Positions 37,775-49,358 of a DNA stretch of 64,000 bases are shown piece after piece. The position numbers were made by a program, and so were the translations under genes. Source of the stretch: Pristiophorus japonicus (Eukaryota); contig NC_091997.1 in the NCBI RefSeq assembly GCF_044704955.1, forward strand, positions 3,348,001-3,412,000. The letters are read 5' to 3'. Below the pieces are notes generated by a model. It ran no database searches. It saw nothing but the letters and a program-made list of their open reading frames with translations, and was not told the DNA's origin. The first letter of the stretch is position 1. The number at the start of each line of letters is the position of its first letter.

Positions 37775-38029
37775 GGGGGGAGATTTTTAATGGCAGGCCA
37801 GGATTTGAGTGTGAAAGGCCAACTTTTGTTAAAACTCTTATTTGTAAAGCTGACATATAATCAGAGTTGACTGCTGAAGAAACAGCCAGTTCAGTAATAT
37901 CAAAAAGGTCAGTGAACTGTTGCAACCTGCCAAGGTTTGTACCTGAATTAGCATTTTGGATACGGCATCAAAACGAAGTCTCTGTCTAGGGTGAGCTACC
38001 AGTGGCCTGCCAACACCAGTGCGAGAGTA

Positions 38030-38763
38030 TAATCACCGCCCCTGACATTCAACAGCATTACCATCACCGAATCCCCCATAATCAACATCCTGGGGGTCAC
38101 CATTGACCAGAAACTTAACTGGACCAGCCACATAAATACTGTGGCTACAAGAGCAGGCCAGAGGCTGGGTATTGTGCAGCGAGTGTCTCACCTCTTGACT
38201 CCCCAAAGCCTTTCCACTATCTACAAGGCACAAGTCAGGAGTGTGCTGGAATACTCTCCACTTGCCTGGATGAGTGCAGCTCCAACAACACTTAAGAAGC
38301 TCAACACCATCCAGGACAAAGCAACCCGCTTGATTGGCCCCCCATCCATCACCTTCAACATTCACTCCCTCCACCACTAGCGCACCGTGGCTGCAGTGTG
38401 CACCATCTACAAGATGCACTGCAGCAACTCGCCAAGGCTTCTTCGGCAGCACCTCCCAAACCCGCGACCTCTACCACCTAGAAGGACAAGGGCAGCAGAT
38501 GCATAGGAATACCATCACCTCCAAGTTCCCCTCCAAGTCACACACCATCCTGATTTGCAAGTATATCTCCGTTCCTTCATTGTCGCTGGGTCAAAATCCT
38601 GGAACTCCCTCCCTAATAGCACTGTGGGAGCACCTTCACCACATGGACTGCACCGGTTCAAGAAGGCAGCTCACCACCACCTTCTCAAGGGAAATTAGGG
38701 ATGGGCAATAAATGCTGGTGTTGCCAGTGATGCCCACATCCCAAGAATAAATTTAAAAAAAAA
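38030..38763 (+). mobile_element. 5'-truncated LINE of the CR1/L2 group (distinct from the HER1-like family)
   Basis: LSTIYKAQVRSVLEYSPLAW...LNTIQDKATRLIG, followed by AATAAA and an A-rich tail. Exact clade uncertain. Confidence 0.8.
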
Positions 38764-39675
38764 TACAATGGTACCTCGCAATGAGTCCTCACCCTTAGAA
38801 AAAGAGAGAAGAAAATTGATGGGAGAAACTAAATGTAAAATAATTTTGAGGCAGAGTTCTAAGCAACCGTAGACAAGATTTGGCATAATTGTCCCCGGAT
38901 TTGTTTTCATAAAAATAATGTCCTGACACAAATAGAATCAAAAGTAACCCATTACATCTCCCAATCACAAGATTGACATGATGTCTCCCTTTCAATATTT
39001 TTTTGCTGATAGACTGGGAGATTATGTTGCCATGCTGCAGTTTGCCAGCTATTTACAACTCATTATTACTGGTCAAGACTGTCCCAGCTGCATTCGGCCA
39101 AGATAGGGGCCGATTACAGAATATAATCCAGGGATCAGGCTCGAACTGAGAACTCTGGTTTTCCAACTGCAAGTTGAGCTATGAAAGGTTTTAGTGAGAT
39201 TAGTCTTCAGCAGATCTACCTGAGCTGGATTTCAAACAATCAAAGCAACAAATCATTATTCTTGCTTGGGTTTCTTCAGTGCAGATTAGATGTTATCGTT
39301 ATCAGATTCTGTTACATACACACACACAAATGCCAAGAGTGAGTTTTTTTCAGGTCTCATTAAGAAATAGCACTGATTTATATTGGAGTTAATGAGACCA
39401 CCAGGTGTAAAACGAAAAATAAAACATTCCCTGTTGCTCAATAAAAACTCATAAATACACCTGAATAAGCACCCAAACAACTGCGAGAAAATTGCATCAT
39501 CTATTCTTTTCAGCCTATGATCCGGAAAATTAATTTGCTCATGAGCTAGGTGTCTTATGTTCTCCTTTTTTCTCAAGGATATAACTTCAAATTCAACCCA
39601 CAATGAGAGCGAGGAGAAAAGGCTTTGTCATGGGTTGGTTACCATGTGCACTGGAACCCCATCCATGTACCTTGT

Positions 39676-41123
39676 TAAGAACATAAGAACATAAGAAATT
39701 GGAGCAGGAATAGGCCATACGGCCCCGAGCCTGCTCCGCCATTCAATAAGATCATGGCTGATCTGATCAGCTCCACTTCTCCGCCCGCTCTCCATAACCC
39801 CTTATCCCCTTATCGTTTAAGAAACTGTCTATTTCTGTCTTAAATTTATTCAATGTCCCAGCTTCCACAGCTCTCTGAGGCAGCGAATTCCACAGATTTA
39901 CTCTGAGAGAAGAAATTTCTCCTCATCTCTGTTTTAAATGGGAAGCCCTTATTCTAAGATCATGCCCTCTAGTTCTAGTCTCCCCCATCAGTGGAATCAT
40001 CCTCTCTGCATCCACCTTGTCAAGCCCCCTCATAATCTTATGCATTTTGATAAGATCACCTCTCGTTCTTCTGAATTCAAATGAGTAGAGGCCCAACCTA
40101 CTCAACCTCTCCTCATAAGTCAACCCCCTCATCCTCGGAATCAACCCAGTGAACCTTCTCTGAACTGCCTCCAAAGCAAGTATATCCTTTCGTAAATATA
40201 GAAACCAAAACTGCCTGCGGTATTCCAGGTGTGGCCTCACCAATACCCTGTATAGCTGTAGCAAGACTTCCCTGCTTTTATACTCCATCCCCTTTGCAAT
40301 AAAGGCCAAGATACCATTGGCCTTCCTGATCACTTGCTGTACCTGCATACTATCCTTTTATGTTTCATGCACAAGTACCACCAGGTCCTGCTGTACTGCG
40401 GCACTTTGCAATCTTTCTCCATTTAAATAATAACTTGTTCTTTGATTTTTTTCTGCCAAAGTGCATGACCTCACACTTTCCAACATTAGACTCCATCTGC
40501 CAATTTTTTGCCCACTCACTTAGCCTGTCTATGTCCTTTTGCAGATTTTTTGTGTCCTCCTCATACATTGCTTTTGCTCCCATCTTTGTATCATCAGCAA
40601 ACTTGGCTACGTTACACTCAGTCCCTTCTTCCAAGTCGCTTATATAGATTGTAAATAGCTGGGGTCCCAGCACTGAATCCCTGTGGCACCCCACTAGTTA
40701 CTGGTTGCCAAACAGAGAATGAACCATTTATCCCGACTCTCTGTTCTCTGTTAGTTAGCCAATCCTCTATCCATGCTAATATATTAGCCCCAACCCCGTG
40801 AACTTTTATCTTGTGCAGTAACCTTTTATGTGGCACCTTGTCAAACGTCTTCTGGAAGTCCAAATACACCACATCCACTGGTTCCCCTTTATCCACCCTG
40901 TTTGTTACATCCTCAAAGAGCTCCAGCAAATTTGTCAAACATGATTTCTCCTTCATAAATCCATGCTGACTCTGCCTGACCAAATTTTGCTTTTCCAAAT
41001 GTCCTGCTACTGCTTCTTTAATAATGGACTCCAACATTTTCCCAACCACAGATGTTACGCTAACTGGTCTATAGTTTCCTGCTTTTTGTCTGCCTCCCTT
41101 TTTAAATCGGGGCATTACATTTG
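39676..41123 (-). mobile_element. 5'-truncated CR1 (same subfamily as 3091-5019)
   Basis: RT motifs QHGF, YLDFQKTFD and KFADDTK. (TTCTTATG)n tail. Confidence 0.95.
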
Positions 41124-43415
41124 AGCTTGGTTTGAATGAGGGAGATACTTTCTCTCCCTCATGTGAAAAGTTTGGGCATAATCCCAAACCAATCTCCCAG
41201 GGGACAGTAATGCACAACGCAAGCTGTTGTCAACTTTGGCAGCAACTTAGCGATCGTGCACCAGGAGGTCAAACCAAGGAGCTTCTCATGACCTACTCAT
41301 TTTTAGCACCTGTTTTGTTCCCTTTTATTTTTCTTAACTGGAATGGAAGTCCATCATGGTGACTTATTGTGATACAACAAATGGCTGATAGGAAGTGGTC
41401 TTTTCACAGTAGGAAATAAGTGTCAGACTACAATTATGCACCTGAAAGTTGCATAAAAGTTTTTATAAATATATTAAGAGAAAGAAAGTAGTAAGGGGGG
41501 AATGTGGGGACATGAAAGACGGATACAGGTGAGACTATAATGGATGAAGGAAATGGTAGACTTGTTAAATCAATACTTTGTATCCGTTTTCACTGTAGAG
41601 GAAGAGGGCAAAATACCGGCGGTGTAAGGGAACCTAAAAATAAGTGTATGGGAGGAAGCGAGTGGATTTAACGGCCCTGAATTTGCAGTCAGCGGCGTTG
41701 CTAAGGAGTACGTGGCCGACATCCGAATGAAATGCGAACCCCCCTTTGAGAACTTACGATGTTTGGCTGCAGAGTTGTGCGTGGTGCAGTGGTCTACGGA
41801 CCCCAGGGGCGCATCATTGTGCAAGAGCGTACCTGGGTGGTGCTCCTTTCACCAGCCAATCAGGAAACATAGAAAGCCTGGTGTATTATTATGTAGACTT
41901 GTAAATTAAACAGTGTGATACGAATTATATTTATTTCACAAGTACAGTACTTGGCTTTAAATTGCACAGGGAATACTTTGGCGTAAATAAAGTTACTTAC
42001 TGGAAGACTCTGCCATATTTAAAAAAAAGGTTAAACCGATCTCATCCCTCAAACCGAGTCTTGGAACTCTGTTCTCCCTTACTTTATTTCCCCCTAGACT
42101 GTAACACAAAACTACTTTCTAATGTCTCTGTAAACAGTGGCTGCAATGCCAGGAATTTGAACCGCAGTTTTATCCCGGTACACATTAGCCTTTCTGTCAC
42201 ATAGCACACAATAGCGATTTTCTATCACTTTCTAACAATGGATTATATGAAGTAGGAATAGATACCGCACGGGATAACAGAATAGTTCTGAACTGAAGCT
42301 AATTGTTTTGATAGCAACTGAAATGCAGTCAATATAATGACTGTAATAGTTAGGTAGAATATGACAGTCTTCACACCCTCTTATAGCTTGATACATGGTT
42401 TTACATGTTTGTTTTTAATTATGATACAATTTTCTCACCCCGCCCCCTCTTACGCTGTGCAAACCGGCTCCTGCGCCTTTTTGCACCAGCCGTAAACATT
42501 TCCAGCGCAATTGATGTGCAGTCGGTGGGCAATTCACTCAATTTTTCGCTGGCACATCATTTGAATGAGGACTTGAAAGTCGCAATGTCTATTCGGAACT
42601 TGACAGGTCGCAACTTTGGGATTTAGCGCGTGCGGAAATCCCCAACTTACGGTCAATTTCAAAGGTGGTATGATGGTGTACTCTGAGAGGGCCAATATAA
42701 AAGTTAAAAAAAAACGACGGTAAAGGAATAAATAGTGGAACTAGAAACAGATAAAGCAACAGTACCTGATGGTTTCCACCCTAGGGTATTGAAAGAAACA
42801 GGTGGGGAAGTTGCAGATGTGATTGTCATCATTTTCCAAAACTCTCTACATTCAGGAATTGTGTCCTTGGATTGGAAAATTGCAAATGTCACTCCACAGG
42901 CGGGAGGGAGACACCAGCTGGGGCTAAGAAATTCAGGTAGTTTGTGTTGAGGAGGTCCCATCCCGTCCTCCTCCGGCCAAGGTGGTGACAAACAATATGG
43001 ACAGGGGCGTGTCTCTCGATGTTGTCTATATGGAATTCCATATAGCGCCGCCGGAGGGCACAAAAGACTTTTTGTCCAAGTGCGGTGTCCCTCCTATGCG
43101 GCAGCGTTACGTGGCCCAGTGCTTGGCGCTGCGTTCAGTTTCCAACCCATCCGCCACACCACCGTCCCAGAAAGGAAATGGAGCAGGTTATTTTGGGTTC
43201 CACTTCCTGTCGGGGGCGGTAACCCAAATTTTTCGAGCCGGGCGGGACATTCGGATGTTACCACCCCCAAACGGGGTGCAACGGAATTTCACCCCCCCGC
43301 CCCCCCCAGGAAACTACAAACCTGTCAGGTCAATATTATTTGTGGAATTATTGGAATCTATCATCAGGGACAGAGTGACTGCGCATTTGAACAAGTATGA
43401 ACTGAAGAAATAGAG

Positions 43416-46400
43416 TCAGGATGGTATGTTGCCTCCCTGGTGCAAGGGTCAAGGATGTCTCGGAGCGGGTGCAGGACATTCTGAAATGGGAGGGAGAACA
43501 GCCAGTTGTCGTGGTGCACATTGGTACCAACGACATAGGTAAAAAAAGGGATGAGGTCCTACGAAACGAATTTAAGGAGCTAGGAGCTAAATTAAAAAGT
43601 AGGACCTCAAAAGTAGTAATCTCGGGATTGCTACCAGTGCCACGTGCTAGTCAGAGTAGGAATCGCAGGATAGCGCAGATGAATACGTGGCTTGAGCAGT
43701 GGTGCAGCAGGGAGGGATTCAAATTCCTGGGGCATTGGAACCGGTTCTGGGGGAGGTGGGACCAGTACAAACCGGATGGTCTGCACCTGGGCAGGACCGG
43801 AACCAATGTCCTAGGGAGAGTGTTTGCTAGTGCTGTTGGGGAGGAGTTAAACTAATATGGCAGGGGGATGGGAACCAATGCAGGGAGACAGAGGGAGACA
43901 AAAAGGAGGCAAAAGCAAAAGACAGAAAGGAGATGAGGAAAAGTGGAGGGCAGAGAAACCCAAGGTAAAGAACAAAAAGGGCCACTGTACAGCAAAATTC
44001 TAAAAGGACAAAGGGTGTTAAAAAAACAAGCCTGAAGGCTTTGTGTCTTAATGCAAGGAGTATCCGCAATAAGGTGGATGAAATAACAAATATGATGTGA
44101 TTGGGATTACGGAGACGTGGCTCCAGGATGATCAGGGCTGGGAACTCAACATCCAGGGGTATTCAACATTCAGGAAGGGTAGAATAAAAGGAAAAGGAAA
44201 AGGAAAAGGAAAAGGGTAGCATTGCTGGTTAAATAGGAGATGAATGCAATAGTTAGGAAGGACATTAGCTTGGATGATGTGGAATCTATATGGATAGAGC
44301 TGCAGAACACCAAAGGGCAAAAAACGTTAGTGGGAGTTGTGTACAGACCTCCAAACAGTAGTAGTGATGTTGGGGAGGGTATCAAATAGGAAATTAGGGG
44401 TGCATGCAATAAAGGTGCAGCAGTTATAATGGGTGACTTTAATATGCACATAGATTGGGCTAGCCAAACTGGAAGCAATACGGTGGAGGAGAATTTCCTG
44501 GAGTGCATAAGGGATGGTTTTCTAGACCAATATGTCGAGGAACCAACTAGGGGGGAGGCCATCTTAGACTGGGTGTTGTGTAATGAGAGAGGATTAATTA
44601 GCAATCTCATTGTGCGAGGCCCCTTGGGGAAGAGTGACCATAATATGGTGGAATTCTGCATTAGGATGGAGAATGAAATAGTTAATTCAGAGACTATGGT
44701 CCAGAACTTAAAGAAGGCTAACTTTGAAGGTATGAGGCATGAATTGGCTAGGATAGATTGGCGAATGATACTTAAGGGGTTGACTGTGGATGGGCAATGG
44801 CAGACATTTAGAGACCGCATGGATGAATTACAACAATTGTACATTCCTGTCTGGTGTAAAAATAAAAAAGGGAAGGTGGCTCAACCGTGGCTATCTAGGG
44901 AAATCAGGGATAGTATTAAAGCCAAGGAAGTGGCATACAAATTGGCCAGAAATAGCAGCGAACCCGGGGACTGGGAGAAATTTAGAACTCAGCAGAGGAG
45001 GACAAAGGGTTTGATTAGGGCAGGGAAAATGGAGTACGAGAAGAAGCTTGCAGGGAACATTAAGGCGGATTGCAAAAGTTTCTATAGGTATGTAAAGAGA
45101 AAAAGGTTAGTAAAGACAAACGTAGGTCCCCTGCAGTCAGAACGGGGAACAAAGAAATGGCAGACCAATTGAACAAGTACTTTGGTTCGGTATTCACTAA
45201 GGAGGACACAAACAACCTTCCAGATATAAAAGGGGTCAGAGGGTCTAATAAGGAGGAGGAACTGAGGGAAATCTTTATTAGTCGGGAAATTGTGTTGGGG
45301 AAATTGATGGGATTGAAGGCCGATAAATCCCCAGGGCCTGATGGACTGCATCCCAGAGTACTTAAGGAGGTGGCCTTGGAAATAGCGGATGCATTGACAG
45401 TCATTTTCCAACATTCCATTGACTCTGGATCAGTTCCTATCGAGTGGAGGGTAGCCAATGTAACCCCACTTTTTAAAAAAGGAGGGAGAGAGAAAACCGG
45501 GAATTATAGACCGGTCAGCCTGACCTCAGTAGTGGGTAAAATGATGGAATCAATTATTAACGATATCATAGCAGCGCATTTGGAAAATGGTGACATGATA
45601 GGTCCAAGTCAGCATGGATTTGTGAAAGGGAAATCATGCTTGACAAATCTTCTGGAATTTTTTGAGGATGTTTCCAGTAAAGTGGACAAAGGAGAACCAG
45701 TTGATGTGGTATATTTGGACTTTCAGAAGGCTTTCGACAAGGTCCCACACAAGAGATTAATGTGCAAAGTTAAAGCACATGGGATTGGGGGTAGTGTGCT
45801 GACATGGATTGAGAACTGGTTGTCAGACAGGAAGCAAAGAGTAGGAGTAAATGGGTACTTTTCAGAATGGCAGGCAGTGACTAGTGGGGTACCGCAAGGT
45901 TCTGTGCTGGGACCCCAGCTGTTTACATTGTACATTAATGATTTAGACGAGGGGATTAAATGTAGTATCTCCAAATTTGCGGATGACACTAAGTTGGGTG
46001 GCAGTGTGAGCTGCGAGGAGGATGCTATGAGGCTGCAGAGTGACTTCGATAGGTTAGGTGAGTGGGCAAATGAATGGCAGATGAAGTATAATGTGGATAA
46101 ATGTGAAGTTATCCACTTTGGTGGTAAAAACAGAGAGACAGACTATTATCTGAATGGTGACAGATTAGGAAAAGGGAAGGTGCAACGAGACCTGGGTGTC
46201 ATGGTACATCAGTCATTGAAGGTTGGCATGCAGGTACAGCAGGCGGTTAAGAAAGCAAATGGCATGTTGGCTTTCATAGCGAGGGGATTTGAGTACAGGG
46301 GCAGGGAGGTGTTGCTACAGTTGTACAGGGCCTTGGTGAGGCCACACCTGGAGTATTGTGTACAGTTTTGGTCTCCTAACTTGAGGAAGGACATTCTTGC

Positions 46401-46914
46401 TATTGAGGGAGTGCAGCGAAGGTTCACCAGACTGATTCCCGGGATGGCGGGACTGACCTATCAAGAAAGATTGGATCAACTGGGCTTGTATTCACTGGAG
46501 TTCAGAAGAATGAGAGGGGATCTCATAGAAACGTTTAAAATTCTGACGGGTTTAGACAGGTTAGATGCAGAAAGAATGTTCCCAATGTTGGGGAAGTCCA
46601 GAACCAGGGGTCACAGTCTAAGGATAAGGGGTAAGCCATTTAGGACCGAGATGAGGAGAAACTTCTTCACCCAGAGAGTGGTGAACCTGTGGAATTCTCT
46701 ACCACAGAAAGTAGTTGAGGCCAATTCACTAAATATATTCCAAAAAGAGTTAGATGAAGTCCTTACTACTCGGGGGATCAAGGGGTATGGCGAGAAAGCA
46801 GGAATGGGGTACTGAAGTATCATGTTCAGCCATGAACTCATTGAATGGCGGTGCAGGCTAGAAGGGCTGAATGGCCTACTCCTGCACCTATTTTCTATGT
46901 TTCTATGTTTCTAT
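43416..46914 (+). mobile_element. CR1 LINE truncated within ORF1
   Basis: Esterase C-terminal half 43421-43855, disrupted EN, open RT region, (TTTCTATG)n tail. Confidence 0.97.
45157..46815 (+). CDS. CR1 ORF2 RT and C-terminal region, open 552 aa (upstream part frameshifted)
   Basis: [41 protein letters not shown]. Confidence 0.9.
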   Translation: MADQLNKYFGSVFTKEDTNNLPDIKGVRGSNKEEELREIFISREIVLGKLMGLKADKSPGPDGLHPRVLKEVALEIADALTVIFQHSIDSGSVPIEWRVANVTPLFKKGGREKTGNYRPVSLTSVVGKMMESIINDIIAAHLENGDMIGPSQHGFVKGKSCLTNLLEFFEDVSSKVDKGEPVDVVYLDFQKAFDKVPHKRLMCKVKAHGIGGSVLTWIENWLSDRKQRVGVNGYFSEWQAVTSGVPQGSVLGPQLFTLYINDLDEGIKCSISKFADDTKLGGSVSCEEDAMRLQSDFDRLGEWANEWQMKYNVDKCEVIHFGGKNRETDYYLNGDRLGKGKVQRDLGVMVHQSLKVGMQVQQAVKKANGMLAFIARGFEYRGREVLLQLYRALVRPHLEYCVQFWSPNLRKDILAIEGVQRRFTRLIPGMAGLTYQERLDQLGLYSLEFRRMRGDLIETFKILTGLDRLDAERMFPMLGKSRTRGHSLRIRGKPFRTEMRRNFFTQRVVNLWNSLPQKVVEANSLNIFQKELDEVLTTRGIKGYGEKAGMGY

Positions 46915-47894
46915 TTGTGAAGGGTGGGTTATGCCAGACTAATCAAGTCTCATTTTTTAAGGAGGTACCACCCTGGCCTCCTCTGGCCGAGGTGGTCACT
47001 AACAACATGGGCAGGGGACTGTCCATAGATGTTGTCTATGTGGAATTCCAGCGGCATTTGATAAGTATCCACACAAGAGATCATTAGCAAAAATAAAAGT
47101 GGGGAGGGAGAACAGAGTCAATTTGAACTGCCTTTGCCCAGCAGAAACTGGTGATAATGGAGTTAAAGTTGAAACAGTCGACTTACCATTCTATTCCCAC
47201 CTCTATTTTAACTCGGGCCTTCTGCTAGCCCCAATACAGGCGGAAGCAAATTGGGGTTCATAACGATTATAAGAGCCCAATGCATTTTAGAGGGCCTATG
47301 AGGCAATGGATACTCCGCTCGGGAAAACCTGGTGTGTCGAGAGGTAGAGGCCACAAAAAGTAAGTCTAAAATAATTGTTGTGGAGCCAGGAGCAGCAGGA
47401 AGGAGGGTTTCTGATGAGTAAAGGATGGGAAGATCATTATAAATTCAACCCGTGGGGCAATGGCTATTCTCTAGGATCACGTACCACTCAATGTGCCAAA
47501 GATCCACATTTAAATTCTTGATTTTGAGAGAAACTACAAATTGAAGACTCACAACTGCAACATTCAAAACATGGCAATGAGGACAAATAAGGACAACTAG
47601 AATTGAAGCATGCAAAATATTAGAAAGCACTCCACTGTGTGGAATATGGTTTGACATCACTGACATCATATGACATTGCCCAATTAGAATAATCATGTCA
47701 AAAGGCTTTCATTGACTTAAAATTTAAATTTTTAATTTTTTTCCATCATATGAAAAATATTGGCTACATAAGTTATATAGGGTTTCTGAATTAAAAATGG
47801 CTTTAAATTTCCACATAGCTACTGAAACCCACAGGGAAATTATCCTTTAATTAAAATTCATTTTTTAAACTCAAAATTCCTTTACATCTGTTTT

Positions 47895-48312
47895 AAGAAA
47901 AGAAGAAAGAAAGACTTGGATTTATATAGCGTATTTCACGATTACCGGATGTCCCAAAGCGCTTTACAGACAATGAAGTACTTTTTTGAAGTGTAATCAT
48001 TGTTGTAGGAAATGCTGCAGCCAATATGTGCACAGCAAACTCCCACAAACAGTAATGCGATAATGCCCGGATAATCTGTTTTAGTGATGTTGATTGAGAG
48101 ATACATATTGGCCCAGGACACTGGGGATAAGTCCCCTGCTCTTCTTCAAAATAGTGCAATGGGATCTTTTTCATCCACCAAAGAGAGCAGTTTAACAATT
48201 CATCTGTAGTGTCAGCCAAGATTTTGGTGCTTAAGTCACTGGAGTGGCACTTGAACCCACAACCTTCTGACTCAGAGACAAGGGTGCTACGAACAGAGCC
48301 ACTGGCTGACAC
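47895..48312 (-). mobile_element. DeuSINE (SacSINE1-like), near complete with internal deletion
   Basis: tRNA-like head GTGGCTCTGTTCGTAGCACC...GGGTTCAAGTGCC, Deu domain and tail. Confidence 0.85.
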
Positions 48313-48774
48313 AGACGCAAGGGCCTGAATGGCCTACCCCTGTTCCTATGTTCTATCAAATAAGACGGCGCAAAGAATGAAAAGAATTATAACGAAGGAA
48401 GTGCTAAACTATGCCATGTAAACAAAAGGCAATGTTCACATTGTATAAATCAATAACTTTGAATAAATAAATATATTTTTAAAATGGGGTAAGAGCAGAA
48501 AGTTCCTCCCACAATGGCTGAGGAGCTGGTTTGGTACTGAGCCGTAGGGATAGGAAAGTTGCCTGTTCAATCCATAGTTTGGGCTAAGTTCATCCATTCG
48601 AGTTGGGCGGCAATGTGACTATTGTAACTAACCTTAGCATCCCGGCACTGGCTGAGGCAGGGACAATTTGCCATGGTCCCTTCTCTACCCCTAGTGACTA
48701 TCCTACTGAAAAGTGCATGAACGGATGTATAGCAAAAAATAAACACAAGGATGACAGATAGGCAGACAGACCGA

Positions 48775-48918
48775 CCATTTCAAAACTGAGATTGACTGCA
48801 TTTTGTTAGGCAAGGGTTTTTAGGGCTACTGAACCAACGTGGATTCTAATTATGATCTAATTAAATGGCGGAACAGGCTCGAGGGGCTGAATGGCCTACT
48901 CCTGTTCCTATGTTCTAT
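48775..48918 (+). mobile_element. CR1 3' UTR fragment
   Basis: AATGGCGGAACAGGCTCGAGGGGCTGAATGGCCTACTCCTGTTCCTATGTTCTATG. Confidence 0.75.
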
Positions 48919-49332
48919 GAATAAAAAGGAGAAAAGAATGGAAAGAATATTAAGCAGTTAAAAAAATGATTGAATTAATACAAAAATTAGGGTTTATTTT
49001 ACCAAAAGGCACCATGTTTCTGAGTGACGGTCACACAATACAAGACATAATTCAGCTGTCAATAAGAAATAAAGGGAGGCAGAGGAAGAGACAACCAACT
49101 GATCTGACCAAGTCAGTTTTTTTTCTAGTTTATACTATTTTTATAAACTTCTGACCACACAGTAGTCATTTAATCACAGGAAAGCAAAAATAATGATGTT
49201 TGGTTACAGGTCCCTTAATGAACACATTCTTAGTAATTCATCGCAAGGAGATATTTGTGAAATGGTTTTTTGCTGCACCTTCCTGTGGCCTCCCAGCTAT
49301 ACATGAGATGGGATTTTATTATAACCCACTGG

Positions 49333-49358
49333 ATGACTCATGCTGTTGCCATGGCAAT
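49333..49358. promoter_or_regulatory. Adjacent AP-1 and RFX X-box motifs
   Basis: ATGACTCAT (49333-49341) and GTTGCCATGGCAAT (49345-49358) in non-repetitive DNA. Motif match only. Confidence 0.4.

Larger units (their letters stand above)
41450..47100 (+). mobile_element. Old, fragmented CR1 hosting nested insertions (TIR element ~41673-42692, GC-rich insert ~43041-43306, young CR1 43416-46914)
   Basis: Collinear degraded ORF2 pieces: FYKYIKRK, YFVSVFTVE, PDGFHPRVLKE, WKIANVTP, GNYKPV, then FVKG...DVVYVEFQ after 46914. Confidence 0.75.

Noticed and set aside
44186-44216. (AAAAGG)n run
   Set aside because: Simple slippage expansion within the CR1 endonuclease region (KGKG codons).
44170-44844. 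Long antisense ORFs over CR1 and Gypsy sequence (also 11191-11622, 29504-29962, 56692-57303)
   Set aside because: Shadow frames of retroelement coding sequence with no independent motifs.
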